This document shows positions 1 through 15,734 of a stretch of DNA of 64,000 nt, in pieces; position 1 is the stretch's first letter; every line of letters begins with the position of its first letter. The stretch lies in assembly GCF_009914755.1 (NCBI RefSeq), contig NC_060929.1; one strand, written 5' to 3'. The notes under the pieces are model-generated. The model did not search any database. It worked only from the letters and a program-made list of their open reading frames with translations, and was not told the DNA's origin. Both the position numbers and the translations under genes were made by a program. The DNA comes from the human T2T-CHM13v2.0 reference genome, Homo sapiens.

Positions 1-2323
1 TTTGCTCTTGCTTTTCTAGTTCTTTAACATGCATCATTAGGTTCTTTATTTGAAGTTTTTCCTGTTTTTTGATGTAGGCACTGATAAGCTACAAACTTCC
101 CCCATAGTACTGGTTTTGCTGTATCCCATAGGTTTTGGTATGTTGTGTTTCCATTATCATTTGTTTCAAAGCATTTTCTAACTTATTCGTTGACCCACTG
201 GTCATTCAGGAGCCTATTCTTTAATTTCCATGTGTTTGTATAGTTTCCAAAGTTCCTCTTGTTATTGACGTTTGGTTACATTCCATTGTGGCCAGAGAAG
301 ATGCTTGGCATTATTTCAATATGTTCAGTGTTTTAAGACTTGCTTTGTGAACTAACATATGGTCTATCATTGAGAATGACCCATGTGCTAAAGAAAAGAA
401 TGTGTATTCTATAGTCACTGGGTGAAATATTCTGTAAATACTTATTAGATCCATTTGGTATACAGAGCACATTGAGTCTAATATTTCTTTTTTGATGTTC
501 TGTCTGGAAGATCTGTCTGGAAGAAATGCTGAAATGGGGTGTTGAAGTCTCCAGCTATTATTGTATTGGAGTAGCTCTAATAATATTTGCTTTATACATG
601 TTGGTGCTCAAGTGTGTGTGCATATATATTTAAAATTGTTATATTCTTTTGCTGAACTGACGTCTTTATCATTATATATTGACCTTCTTTGTTTCTTCTT
701 ATTGTTTTTGTCTTGAAATCTGTTTTGTCTGAAAGAAGTATAGCAACTTCTGCTCTTTTTTGGTTTCCATTGGCATGGAATTATCTTTTTCCATCCCTTT
801 ATTTTCAGTTTTTGTGTGTTTTTATAGGTGAAGTGTGTTTCTTACAGACAACAGATCAATCGGTCTTTCTTTTTTCATCCATTCAGCTGCTCTATGACCT
901 CTTATTGGAGAGTTTAGTCCATTTATATTCAATGTTACTATTGAGAAGTAAGGACTTCCTCCTGCCATTTTGCTATGTGTTTTCTGGTTGTCCTGTGCTC
1001 ATCTCTTCCTTTTTTCTTTCATTTCCTTTCTTCCTTTAGTGAGCATGTTTTTCTCTGGTGATATGATTTATATTCTTGCTTTTAATTTTTTGTGTATCCA
1101 ATGTATCTTTTTTGGCTTGAGGTTACCATGAAGGTTGCAAATACTATCTTATAACCCATTATTTTAACCTGATAACAACTTAACATAGTTTGCATAAACA
1201 AACAAACAAAAAGAAAACTAAAAAAAAACCAACTCTATGCCTTAACTTTGTCTCCCGCTTTTTACCTTTTTTTGTTTTAATTTTTATCTTATTGTACTTT
1301 ACTATCTATGTCTTGAAAAGTTGTTGTAGTCATTTATTTATTTGGTTCAATGTTCAGTCTTTATACAGAGGATGAGTAGTTTACACATCACAGTTAGTGT
1401 TATAACAGTTTGTGTTTTTCTGCATGCTTACTATTACCAGTGGGTTTTATATCTTCAGATATTTCTTTTTGCTCATTACATTCCTTTTCTTTCTTATTGA
1501 AGTACTCCCTTTGGCTTTTCCTGTAGGACAGGTCTGGTATTGACGAAATCCCTCAGCTTATGTTTGCCTCAGAAAGTCTTTATTTCTCCTTCACATTTGA
1601 AGAATATTTTCACTGGATATACTATTCTAGGATAAAACTTTTTCTCATTCAGCACTTTATATACGTCATGCCACTCTCTCCTGGCCTGTAATGTTTTTAC
1701 TGAAAAATCTGCTGCCAGACGTATTGCAGCTCCATTGTATATTATCTGTTTCTTTTCTTTTGCTACTTTAGGATCCTTCCTTTATCCTTGATCTTTGGAA
1801 ATTTTATTATTAAATTCGTTGAGGTGGTATTCTTTGAGTTAAATCTGCTTGGTGTTTCATAACCTTCTTGTAATTGGATGTTGCTATCTTTCCCTAGGTT
1901 TGGGGGATTCTGTTATTATCCCTTTAAATACATTTCCTACTCCTATCTCTTTTCCTACCATGTACTTGGGGCCAATAACTCAGATTTGCCATCTTGAGGC
2001 TATTTTATAGATTCTGTAGGTGTGCTTTATTGTTTTTATTTATTTTTTTATTTTTTCTTTTATCTCCTCTCACCATGTATTTTCAAATATCCTGACTCCA
2101 AGCTCACTAATTCTTTCTTCTGTTTGATTCATTCTGCTATTAAATGACTCTGATACATTCTTCAGTATGCCAATTGCATTTTTTTCCACTCCAGAATTTC
2201 TGCTTGATTCTTTTAAATTATTTTAATCTCTTTGTTAAATTTATCCAATAGAATTCTGAATTCCTTCTCTGTGTTATCTTGAATTTTTTGGAGTTTCCTC
2301 AACACAGATATTTCTAATTCTCT
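1..2323 (-). mobile_element. Old L1 (L1PB/L1MA-type): 5' part of ORF2, inter-ORF region and ORF1, degraded
   Basis: T-rich antisense L1 sequence (e.g. TCCCATAGGTTTTGGTATGTTGTGTTTCCATTATCATTTG). It continues in register at 4058 after an inserted younger L1. Confidence 0.85.
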
Positions 2324-2325
2324 GA

Positions 2326-4051
<1,726 letters not shown>

Positions 4052-4057
4052 GAAAGG

Positions 4058-4460
4058 TCACATATCTGTGTTTCTCCAGGATTTGTCGTGAATGCCTTAT
4101 TTAGTTCATTGGTGAGGTCATGTTTACCTGGATGGTCTTGATGCTAGTAGATGTTCTTCAGTGTCTGGCATTGAAGAGGTAGATATTTATTGTAGTCTTC
4201 ATCGTCTGGGCTTATTTGTACATGTCCTTATTGGGAGAGCATTCTAGATATTCGGTAAGACTTGAGTGCTGTGATTTAACCTGTATCTGCATTAGGAAGC
4301 ATCGTAAGTTCAGTAACACTGTGGTTCTTGCAGACTTGTAGAGGTACCACCTTGGAAAAGATTCAGGAGAATTCTCTGGATTACTAGGCAGAGACTCTTG
4401 TTCTCTTCCCTTACTTTCTCCCAAACAGCTGTAGTCTCTCTCTCACTCTCTCTGTCTTTT

Positions 4461-4508
<48 letters not shown>

Positions 4509-5785
4509 CTGGGTCATGTAAAGCTGGGGGTGGAGTGACACAATCACCCCTGTGCCCACTACCACTGTGTCTGTGCTGGATCAGACCTGAAGCCAGCACA
4601 GCACTATTTCTCACCCAAGGCCTGCAGTGACGGCCCTCTGGCTACTGCCTATGTTTTTCAAGGCCCTGGGGCTCTACAATAAGCAGATCACAAAGCCAGG
4701 AAGGCCTATGTCCTCCCCTGCAGTCTAGGGAGTTCCCCCAGGTCTTGGGTGGGTCCAGAGATGCCATATGGGAGTCAGGCACTAGAATAAAAACCTCAGA
4801 AGTCTACTTGGTGTTCTATTGCACTGCAGCTGAGCTGGCACTCAATTCACAAGGCATAGTCCTTCCCACTCTTCCCTCCCACTTCCCAAGGCAGAGAAGC
4901 CTTACCTCTTAGCCCCCACCACTATAGACAATGGGAACTACTGCCAGACTACTGCCAACATTCCCTTAAGGCTAAGGTCTCTTAAGTCAGCTTATGGTGA
5001 ATGCTGCCTGATGTGAGACTCACGCTTCAGGACAGTGGGCTCCCCTCTGGCCCAGGGCAGGTCTAGAAATGCCATCCAACGTTCAATTCCTGGAATCAAG
5101 AATCCCAAGGGCCCACTTGGTGCTCTACCCCCCCGTGGCTGTGCTAGTACCTAAGGTGCAAGAAAAAGTCCCCTTTTACTTTTCCCTCTGATTGTTTCAA
5201 GCAACAGGAGTTTTACACCATAGCCACTACAGCTGGCACTGTGCTGAGTCTCACCTGAAGACAGCAGGTCTCAGAGGCTCACCCAAAGCCCTCAACATAG
5301 TGCCTGGGTATCGCTGCTGGTTATTCAGTGTCCAAGGGCTCTTCAATTAGCAAATGATGAATGCTCTCAGACCTAGGTCCTTCCCTTCAAGGCAGCCAGT
5401 TCCCTTCTGGCCTAGGTTGTGCTAAAAATGCCTGGAATGGGGCCTGATGACTTTGACTGCTGCCATATCATGCTGTGGCTGAGCTGGTATCCAAAATTCA
5501 AAACAAATTCCTCCCCACTGTTCCCTCTCCTCTACTTAAGTGGAAGGAAGAAGTCTGTTTTGAAGTTGTGAGCTGTGCAGCCTGGGGTTGGGGGAGGGGT
5601 GATGTCAGCACTCCTTTAGCTTCCCCAGCTGGCATCCTAGCAGGTTGCATCTTCCCACAACTCCAGTCCACTGTCTCTTGTCCCAGTTCAACACTAGGAG
5701 TCACCTAAGAGTTGCAGTCTTTATGGCCTAGACTGCTTTTCATGTCCACTTAGACACACAGAACACTGTAGCCCTCAGTGGTGAT
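4058..5785 (-). mobile_element. Continuation of the old L1: ORF1 5' end and 5' UTR
   Basis: Resumes after the duplicated GAAAGG with TCACATATCTG, followed by GC-richer old-L1 5' UTR sequence. Confidence 0.75.
4465..4506. repeat. (TG)n microsatellite
   Basis: Perfect TG run. Confidence 0.98.
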
Positions 5786-5786
5786 G

Positions 5787-7832
5787 TTTTTTTAAAATTT
5801 TACTTTAAGCTCTGGGATACAAGTGCAGAACGTGTAGGTTTGTTACACAGATATACGTGTGTCATGGTGGTTTTCTGCACCTATCAACCTGTCATCTAGG
5901 TTTTAAGCCCCGTATGCATTAGCTATTTGTCCTAATGCTCTTTCTCCCCTCGCCTCCCACCCCTCAACTGGCTCTGGTTTGTGTTGTTCCCCTTCCTGTG
6001 TTCATATGTCCTCACTTATGACTGAGAACATGCAGTGTTTTGTTTTCTGTTCCTATGTTAGTTTGCTGAGGATGATGGCTTACAGCTTCATCCATGTGCC
6101 TGCAAAGGATATTATCTCATTCTTTTTATGGCTGCATAGCATTCCGTGGTGTATATGTATGACATTTTCTTCATCCAGTCTATCATTGATGGGCATTTGG
6201 GTTGGTCATGTCTTTGCTATTGTAAATACTGCTGCATGTGTCTTTATAGTAGAATGATTTATATTCCTTTGGGTATATACCTAGTAATGGGATTGCTGAG
6301 TAAAATGGTGTTTCTGGTTCTAGATCCTTGAGGAATCACCACACTGTATTCAGCAATGGTTGAATTAATTTACATTCATTACCACCAATAGTGTAAAAGC
6401 ATTCCTAGTTATCCACAGCCTCATCAGCATCTATTGTTTTTGACTTTTTAATAATTGCCATTCTGACTGGTATAAGATGGTATCTCATTGTGGTTTTGAT
6501 TTGCATTTCTCTAATGATCAGTGATGTTAAGCTTTTTTTTTCATGTTTGTTGGCTGCATAAATGTCTTCTTTTGAGAAGTGTCTGTTCATATCCTTTGCC
6601 TGCTTTGTGATGGGTTTGTTTGTTTTTACTTGTAAATTTGTTTAAGTTCCTTATAGATTCTGGATATTAGACCTTTGTCAGGTGAGTGGATTGCAAAAAT
6701 TTTCTCCCATTCTGTAGGCTGCCTGTTCACTCTGATGATAGCTTCTTTTGCTGTGCAAAAGCTCTTTAGTTTAATTAGGTCCCATTTCTCAATTTTGGCT
6801 TTTGTTGCAATTGCTTTTGACATTTTCGTCATGAAGTCTTTGTCCATGCCTGTGTCCTGAATGGTATTACTTAGGTTTTCTTCTAGGGTTTTTATGGTTT
6901 TGGGTTTTACATTTAAGTCTTTTATCCATCTTGAGTTCATTTTTGTATAAGGTGTAAGGAAGGGGTCCTGTTTCAGTTTTCTGCATATGGCTAGATTGTT
7001 TTCCCAGCACCATTTATTAAATAGGGAATCCTTTCCCCATTGATTGTTTTTGTCAGGTTTGTCGAAAATCAGATGGTTGTAGATGTATGGTGTTATTTCT
7101 GACATCTCTGTTCTGTTCTATTGGTCTATGTATCTATTTTGGTACCAGCACCATGCTGTTTTGGTTACTATATCCTTGTAGTATAGTTTGAAGTCAGGTA
7201 ACACGATGCCTCTTAGCTTTGTTCCTCTTGGTTAGGATTGTGTTGTCTATACAGGCTCTTTTTTTTCCATGTGAAATTTAAAATAGTTTTTTTCTAATGC
7301 TGTGAAGAATGTCAATCGTAGTTTAATGGGAATAGCATGGAATCTATAAATTACTTTGGGCAGAATGGCCATTTTCTTGATATTTATTCTAAAGATGGTA
7401 TGTTTTTCCATTTGTTTGTGTCCTCTCTTATTCCTCCTTCCCATCCCTTTTTAGCTGTATTCCTAGGTATTTTATTCTCTTTGTAACAATTGTGACTGGG
7501 AGTTTATTCATGGTTTGGGTCTCTGCTTGTCTGTTGTTGGTTTATAGGAATGCTTGTGATTTTTGCACATTGATTTTGTATCCTGAGACTTTGCTGAAGT
7601 TGCTTATCGGCTTAAAGAGTTTTGGGGTTGAGATGATGGGGTTTTCTAAATGTAGAAGGGGAATTTGACTGCAAACAGAGGCAATTTGACTTTTTCTCTT
7701 CCTATTTGAATACGCTTTATTTCTTTCTCTAGCCTGATTGCCCTAGCCAGAACTTCCAATAGTATGTTGTATAGGAGTGGTGAGAGAGGGCATCCTTGTC
7801 TTGTGGCAGTTTTCAAAGGGAATGCTTCCAGC
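5787..7832 (-). mobile_element. 5'-truncated L1PA (approximately L1PA8-13)
   Basis: Poly-T, then antisense 3' UTR (CTAGGTTTTAAGCCCC...TGCATTAG). ORF2 peptide fragments at 6405-7834 on the minus strand. Confidence 0.92.
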
Positions 7833-7834
7833 AT

Positions 7835-8537
7835 TGGTTAATATTATGACCAATCTTATCAGAAGCATTTTTAAATATTGTGAAACTGTTAATCTCATAG
7901 TTGCAGGTACAAGCTTTCTATAATTCTAATTTTCTCTCTAAAGGTCATATATTGTCATTGGCATTGGATTACTATCAATGTTTTCCTTTAAATGACAGGC
8001 TTATTTCATTTTTGAGAAAATGCCTGCCAGATACTCAAGTTTGAAGAACCATGGTTTGTCTGCCAGCATTCCTACAAATAAAAATCGTGTTCCATGAGAA
8101 AAGAGGCTTGTTCAGCTTGCAGCTCAAACTGTCATGCAAGAGCTTTTCCCAGAGGCAATTTTTGTACTTTGGTATGCAGTGAAAGTCCTTTATGTGCACT
8201 TTCCATTTTTTCACACAGGCTATTAAAGAGAGAAGTACTGAATGGTTAAGATTTAATAAAATTAATATTTTTTATTGGCTCATTAAGGACATTTTTAACT
8301 GAAACTTGCCTTTAAAAAAATACAAACTGAGTTTAAACTGACCCTGCCTTGATTTGTGGTAAGGTGACAGCAGTTCTACCCACTATTAATTTTGTGCCAT
8401 CAGTGCAAATGTCAACACAGTGAAAAAGGCAAGTAATGTCCTAGTATAATTATCAAAATAGTTTTGACATTGCAGACTGCTTAAAACAGTCTCATATACT
8501 CCTAGTGTTTTTCAGATATTACTTTGAGAACCACTGG
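7835..8537. mobile_element. hAT-Charlie DNA transposon fossil (Charlie1-like)
   Basis: Recognisable internal sequence and terminal ACTTTGAGAACCACTG. Confidence 0.6.
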
Positions 8538-8762
8538 GGTAGAAATTAGAATTTTGGAAGATAAAAACCATAAATTTAAATGGTGGCTTTGGGATGGGAG
8601 CCTAATCTGTAAAATAATCAAATTCTTCTCTTCATTTTTTTTTTTGCATGTTTAGTGGATGGGTATGTGAGGAAAATGGACAAAAGTAAAGTTATGTCTA
8701 CAGAAGAAGTAGCATATTAGAATATGAGATTAGTCTTGTTACTAAGAAAAAAAATGGCTTAC

Positions 8763-8908
8763 ATAGGTATCAGCAAACTAGTACCCTCCTGCTACCTGTT
8801 TTGATAAAACGTTTGATTGGAAAACAGCACATAGACCACATGACCTGCAAGGCAAAAATGTTTACTCTATGGCCCTTTAAAATAAAACGGGTCGTTAGCT
8901 CTTGTCTT
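8763..8908. mobile_element. MER58-like hAT MITE, internally deleted
   Basis: GGTATCAGCAAACTA...AAAATGTTTACTCTATGGCCCTTTA. Confidence 0.55.
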
Positions 8909-9822
8909 AGATAAATGTATTTACCTCTTAATTAAAACAGAGAGAAAATCAGCCATTAGTGAAATTCAAATATTTACCAAAAGGCTTTGAGTAGCGTTGT
9001 TTGCATCTAGCCTTATCTTGGGGAATTAAAGTTTATAATATACACAAAGGGCCTGAGGGGGCAGAGTCACCTTTGATGGGGAAAGTTGGAATTTCCAGAG
9101 GATAAGTGGCGAGATGCTGGACTGGATTGGAAGGGTTAGAGAAGAGACAGAGATAGGAGCAAAATATATGATACAAACTTGTAAATGACTTCCTTTCAAC
9201 CACAGGTAGACAGTTACAAGCTTTTTTTTTCTTCACATACCATATGCATTTTGAAAGCTAACTAATCCTTGAGTAAAGAACTTTATCATCTTAATATGAT
9301 GGTCTGAGATGTCTAGGGAATACTTGGTGGGGAGGGTACTAAAGAAAGGCTAATCCCATTCCTCAGTCATCAGTTGTTTCTTGGGTGTATTGAGAAGCTC
9401 CACCCAAATTTCTCTTTCCTCACAGAAAAGGGAGCGCTCTCCAGCACTTGGTTCAGAGATTTGTTCTTTTAAAAGGAAAACCTAAAGACTTTATTTTTGC
9501 ATGGCTTCTATGAATTGGAGATATTATTTATCCTCACTACAGTTGGAGTTCACTAATCAGTTTATTTAAGCTCATAGTATTTGTGTCAACAGAAGTATGC
9601 AAAAACAAAGCTCTTTATTTTGTAGGAGTTACCTTGGCAACATTATTTGAGGGGATTATTTGAGTATTCACTTGCAGGATGAGAGGCAAGGTTATGAGCA
9701 GGTATGTTTCTAGCTAAGCACTCCCCGTCCCCCACCTTCTTTTTAGCCCTGATAGAAAGAATCCTAAAATTGGAATGCGCTTCATAAAATCTAAGCATAT
9801 TACACTGCCAAATTAGAGGAAC

Positions 9823-10414
9823 TGAAACCATCCCTACAAATTTTATAAAGTTAATCAGGGAAGAAGGGAGGGGAAAAACAAAAATAAATTAAGCTTGCAG
9901 TGCATTCAGCATTAATCATTAGGTCAGCTTGTTCTCTGACCCACGTCCTCATAGTTGTTTGCCTATTGCCTCAGAATCACGTAGACTCTGTTAGAAGATT
10001 ATAATTCCTCTTAACTGCTCTATAGAAAACAACCTGAACATTTTAAAATGTTAAGTTTTCCCTTTGAGACATTCTTTCATGTCCTGCATAACAGTGGAAC
10101 TACTGACATCCACTGGTCTGAAGGGCCACAGGGGAAGCTGACTCAGCAAAGAATGTAGTTTTCAAGACCCGATGCTTTCATCCTCCTAACCCCAACTAAT
10201 CAATGACCTCAATTTTCCATCCCCTTAAAAATCCACAATCCCCTTAGAAATATCAGCCCAGAACTCCTTGGGGAGATTTATTTGATGGTCTCCTCTCATT
10301 TTCTTGCTCAGTACCCTGCCATCATTAAACTCCTCTTCTGCTGTAAACCCTGCAGTCTTGGTGTGTTGGTATGTTACTGCACAGCAGGCAAACAAAGCAG
10401 TTGGTCCTATGACA
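9823..10414 (+). mobile_element. ERV1 solo LTR (LTR26-like)
   Basis: TG...CA termini, ATTAAA polyadenylation signal near 10324, and flanks GAAC/GAAG (4-bp target-site duplication with one mismatch). Confidence 0.75.
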
Positions 10415-10853
10415 GAAGCATGGGCAACCCTTTCAGAATTCAAACAGTAAGGAAATGAGGTGGTATCTCCTTGACGGTGTGCCCGTTAAAAGAGAGTGTT
10501 GTGACCTTTCCAGGAGCATTTTGCTGCCTTACATTCTCAGGTAGAGCATGCCATCAATTCCCCTCTCCCAGTGGAGAAAATAGATGGGTGGGATTTGGGA
10601 CATGTGCCTTATCTGGTGAGGGATAACTCATATTCTGTTCACCACGAAGCAAGACGACACCTTTTAATTAAAAATATTAAAGTGGAAAAGCAGTTATGGA
10701 TAGATTTGCAAGTGCCAATCTGTACTATAGTCATTGCTTAATCTTGTTTTCATTAAACGATTGTTTCCAATAAAGGGGAAAGGACAGTTGAAGCAGAGAA
10801 CTTGACAGAGAATGATATTCTACTACCAGCCATTCCAGGAACTGGTTTTATTT

Positions 10854-11317
10854 TCTATTTTGTTTTTAAAATTTTTATGTTAATTATTATGGGTACATGA
10901 TAGTTGTATATGTTTATGGTGTACATGTGATGTTGTCATACAAGCATACAATGTGTAATGATCAAATCAGAGTAATTGTGGTATCTATCACCTGAAGCAT
11001 TTATCATTTCTTTGTATTAAAAACATTCCAATTCTACACTTTTAGTTATTTTAAAGCATACAATAAATTACTGTTAACTATAGTCACCCTGTTGTGTTAC
11101 TAAGTACTAGGTCTTATTCATTCTGATTGTTATTTTTGCACCCATTAACTAACCCATTTTTATGCTCTCCTCCCCACTATCCTTCCCAGCCTCTGGCAAT
11201 CATCATTGCACTCTCTACTTCCATGAATTCATTTTTTAAAGCTCCCACATTATAAGTGAGAACATGCAATATTTGTTTTTCTGTACCTGGATTATTTCAC
11301 TTAACGTGATGTCTTCT
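10854..11317 (-). mobile_element. L1MA 3' end, 5'-truncated
   Basis: Antisense L1MA 3' UTR flanked by near-identical GGAACTGGTTT(T)ATTTT direct repeats starting at 10838 and 11318. Confidence 0.85.
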
Positions 11318-11789
11318 GGAACTGGTTTATTTTTGCCTCTACTTTGTTTACTTCAGCTATACATCTTCCTTTTCATTTTCTATAAGATGTAGAACCCAGT
11401 GCTTTGCCTCTTCCCTTGAATTAAATGATTATCCATAGTTACATATTATTCCCATGGCTTTATTCAAGAGAGAGTTTCATTTTATTCTAACTGTAATGAC
11501 AAATTTGAGAGCCCCGGTATAGTAAAGTGACCTTGTTCTTTGCAAAAAAGTAACATGCAGCTATGTTAAAATTGAGCTCAAATTCTCTAAGGTGAGAACA
11601 AATAATCACAACTTGTGCTTTTTTGTGACATCTGATAGTGTCACAAAATACATAAGTACCTTTCATTTCTTGTTATTTGTCCTCTAGATTTGCTGAAAGA
11701 GTGAGACTTCATGAAAATGTTAAAAATGTAATATGTAGAATATCTTGACAATGTTCCTCACAGCTCTGTAAAATCGGGCAACCTGTTCC

Positions 11790-12815
11790 CACTCTGGACC
11801 ACCTCCCCACTATCCTTGTGCATTGCTGCTCCAATCACACTGGACTCCTTGCTTGATGTTAAACTTCCCAGACATGTTCCTACCTGTGGAACTATGCACT
11901 TCTTTCTCCTCTGTCAGTAATGTTCTTCCCTTAAATATCCACTTGCTCTCTCTCCTTATTTTGCTGAAGACTCCTATAACCTCTGGTGACAGATGTACTC
12001 TGGGCTGGCCTCAAATACATCACAGCCTTTTGTAAAACCCTCCTATTGAGTGTGGGCACACCTGTGACTTGCATCTAACTGAAAGAATATGGCAAAAGAG
12101 ATGGGATAGTACTTCCGTGATAATGTTACCTTATACGGCAAAGGTGAAAAGAATTTTTCAGATATAATTAAGTGCCCAAATCAATTTGACTTTAAATTAA
12201 TAAAAATGGAGATTATACTAGTGGGGCTAATCTAATCAGGTGACTCATTTAAAAGAATGCCTAGATTTTTCCGGAGTTCAGAGACTGTAAACTACAGAGA
12301 ATCTTTTCTTCTGGCTGTGTAGAAGCATCCTGCCCTGAGTTCCACAGTTGGGAGGAAATGCATTCTGCTAACAACTACATGAGCTTGGAAGAGGAAACTG
12401 AGCCTCAGATGAAACCAGCTCTGGCTGACTCCTTGACTGCAGCTTTGTAAGATCCTGAGCACAGCACACATTGAAGCTGAGGCTGGACAGTGGGTGTTGT
12501 TTTAAGCCACTAAGTTTGTGATAATTTGATACCTAGCAGCAGAAAACTAATACACCTCCCTTTTGCAAGATGTATCCCATCTACCCTCTCTGTCCCTTTT
12601 CGCCACTTTGTTTTTCTTCATAGCCCATATACCTTTCATATTTCAAATAATTTAATATGTGTGTGTGTTTTTATTTTCTTTCCCCACTATGGTATAAGCT
12701 TCATAAGTGCACCTATTTTGGTTTCGTTTGTTTACTGTTCTGTCCGCACTGTTTAGAAGAGAACCTGGAGAAAGTAATAAACACTTAATATGTATTTGTT
12801 CAACAAATGAATAAT
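11790..12815 (+). mobile_element. L2 3' region split by an MLT1 LTR
   Basis: L2-like TTGCTGCTCCAATCACACTGGACTCCTTGC and terminal TATTTGTTCAACAAATGAATAA. Confidence 0.65.
11982..12554 (+). mobile_element. ERVL-MaLR solo LTR (MLT1E/F-like)
   Basis: Typical MLT1 end: TTTAAGCCACTAAGTTTGTGATAATTTG...AAACTAATACA. Confidence 0.8.
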
Positions 12816-15119
12816 AATATTCTTCTGACTTCTTTGTTTTCTCTGTCACTCAACTGACTTCTGTGTTTCCAAGTTTCCCACAAAAGGATTTTTTTTATTT
12901 CTTCAATTTTTATCTTAAGAGGAACTTACCTCTCAGCAAAAGAGAAAATTATGTCAGTCAATACCTTAACAATGGAGGTTTACAAGCAATCTCACTTCCC
13001 AAAGGACAGAAAATAAGAAACAGGTTGTCAGATTAATTACAACCGATGGCACAGAATGCTTATTAGAGAAAAATCACCGTAAATAAATTCTACAGTTTTA
13101 ATATTTTTTAGGCTTTTCCAAAATCAACTGAAGATATATAAAGTTTCTTTACACATACAATCCCCAACACACTATGATCATTGATCTAGAAATATCTAGA
13201 GTTTTAGATTGGAAAGCAACTTTTGAGAGTTGTTTGGAACTCCCTTAGCTACTTTTATTTGCTTCTAATAAACACTCATATTCGTAGCCGGACTCAGGTC
13301 AGTTTGGTGGAGTATTCTCACCTGGTTCCTCTGCCTGGGACACTGCTGGCACAGAGACTCAAGGCTGTTAATACAAACTTTTGGATTTTAATCACTGAAT
13401 TTAATTGGCTTCTATCTTTGAACTTGGAGGAGGAAATAGACAAACTCATGAGAAGCCCTCTTGTGTCTTTCTCAGAGGTGTGTCTCAGAGAGATTTGCTA
13501 AATATCTATCGTGTCTCACAATTGTCTTGACTCCTTGAATGTGGAAAAGAGTACATGCAAATTAGAGGACCCTGGGCAGCCCTTTCAGAAATCAAGTCTT
13601 CAGGACTAAGAAGCTTTTGTTTTTCCCTGAAAGCATACCTTTGAAGAAGAATGTTTTAACCATACTTTGAGCATGTGGCTTCTGTATGTTCAGAATACCT
13701 CCATGACATTGGGAATGAGTGTGAGTAATATATGAGACACACACAAAAGCATTTCACAGATGTGAAGATCCATCTCTAATTTTCCTTTAAATTGATTGAT
13801 TCCTCTACAGGCCTTTCATTCATTTTTGCCTTTTTCTGTTTGCAATTACTCTCAGATTTCACTGAGGGTAGAACAATTACATATTCCTGGACCTGTGCTT
13901 GTGGCTAGGAGTAGGAACCCTACAAGACAGTAGGGCTTTTGACATGATCCCTGAATACAAGTCTACCCAAGTAAGCAAAGACTGACCCCAATTTGGGGTG
14001 AGAATTGGTCTTGCTAATCTTTAAAAATTTTCTATTTTAAAATTTCTATTTTAAAATTTAAAAATAGCATGCCTTCAAATCATTCCAACTATAACTATGG
14101 CAATATATTCATTTGTGAGAGGAATGATTCTTCTGCTTATTTTAATTAAGAAAATTACGCCTAAGTGATTTATTTTATTTAGCAAGACAATGACAGTTAC
14201 AAAATTATAATTAAAAACTCTTGTGTGGAGATGCCAGTCTTAGGTTTCCTCAAAGAAATGTGTAAAAGAAACTGATTACTTCTTTTGTATAGCTAAAAAT
14301 ATATTTGTTGATAAATCAAATATTGTTTTAAAACGTTAATATCCATTTTGTTCCTTATTAATTTGATTTTCTTTTTGTATATCAAGCCCTTTGAATAATA
14401 AAGCAATATTAATAAATTATATTTTTTTGTTAGGGACCATAATGCAATACTTAGATTTATAAAATGTAGAAACAAAAAATATAAAAAACAGAAGAAAAAC
14501 TTTTTTAAAGCTCCATAATTATTTTTATTATAATGTGTGTGGAGAGACTATTGTCTGCTCAGCTTTATCATGGTTACAAAGATAGTTTTCCTCTAATCCT
14601 TGCTGTTTAAGAAAACAGTTAATTGCTTTACCAGACCCTCTGAAGAACTGAATTCTAGGTTTCTGTTCTTTAGACGCAGTCTGAATGGTTTATGAATTTC
14701 TTTTAAAAAATAAAATTATCAGAAATTAAAAAATTTGCTCTTGCATCTAATTTGATAAATCATTAGATATACCTTATAGAAGAAAAGTAAAAGCTAAATA
14801 TTATTTAATGTTTCCACCAATATGGGTTATAACTCAGTGGGTTATAAAATCAATTTAGTGAATGGATAATATTTAAAAAACACTAGATTGGACTAGACTA
14901 GAATAATATCGAAACTATCAGAGTTCATTGTATACCCTAAGACAGTAAGGTTGACATTGGTTTGTGAAACTTTTGTTTTAGTTTTGTGTATAATATGTGT
15001 TTCTTATATTGCAAGTCACTACACTATCATATTAATTTTAAATATTGATGTTAGTAATATAATTGATGCAATCAATGCACAAGTTCTAATAAAATGATTT
15101 TAGTACACCAGATAATCAT

Positions 15120-15342
15120 AGTGAAGGGTACAGGTTTTTAGTTAGACTGACAGTATTAACATACAGCCTTGTCACTTACTGGCAGTGTAGCCATGCTCAA
15201 GGAACTGGGTCATAGTTTCCTAACAAATAAGATGGGTAAAAATTGCATCTATACCAGAGAATTGTTATATTTATATGAGAAAATACACATAAAAGGCTCA
15301 GTATATGCCTCACACAAAGCTCATAGCAACCAGCTACTATAA
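15120..15342 (+). mobile_element. MIR SINE
   Basis: Degenerate core GTCACTTACTGGCAGTGTAGCC...AGTTTCCTAACAAATAAGATGGG. Confidence 0.55.
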
Positions 15343-15734
15343 CCATCAAACTTTTAGTTTTCAGTTACTATTTCCTAATGAGAAGAACAGAAAAGATATT
15401 CTCTTTGCTTCAAGCAACAGATGACTTAGGTAAGAAAAACCTACGAAAAAGGAAAAAACAAGCCAAAGAGAAAGAGAGAGTTGGGATACCAGGATGGTAA
15501 TGACAAAAATTTTGCAGTTATTCTCAGATCAATATTCAAAAATATAGTCCAATTGTTTATCAAATAATAAATTGTAGGCAACCAACAACTTTACTGTTGT
15601 CCAATGTCAATAGAAAATTTTATATACAAAATGTGGCATTAATTTCTTACACTTTTAGCAATTTTCACACATGAAGTACTTTTGCCCAGATATCATAAAT
15701 GGCATATCTGAACAACATCATGAGTAAGGATAAG

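Noticed and set aside
689-1039. Hydrophobic 116-aa ORF resembling a membrane protein
   Set aside because: Antisense reading of A-rich L1 sequence. The same applies to similar ORFs at 40857 and 53565.
12923-12935. Strong minus-strand splice donor (GAG|GTAAGT)
   Set aside because: No convincing matching acceptor or reading frame, and isolated donors are common.
12952-12964. 13-mer TGTCAGTCAATAC also present at 23441-23453
   Set aside because: A single 13-bp match is expected by chance in this amount of sequence.
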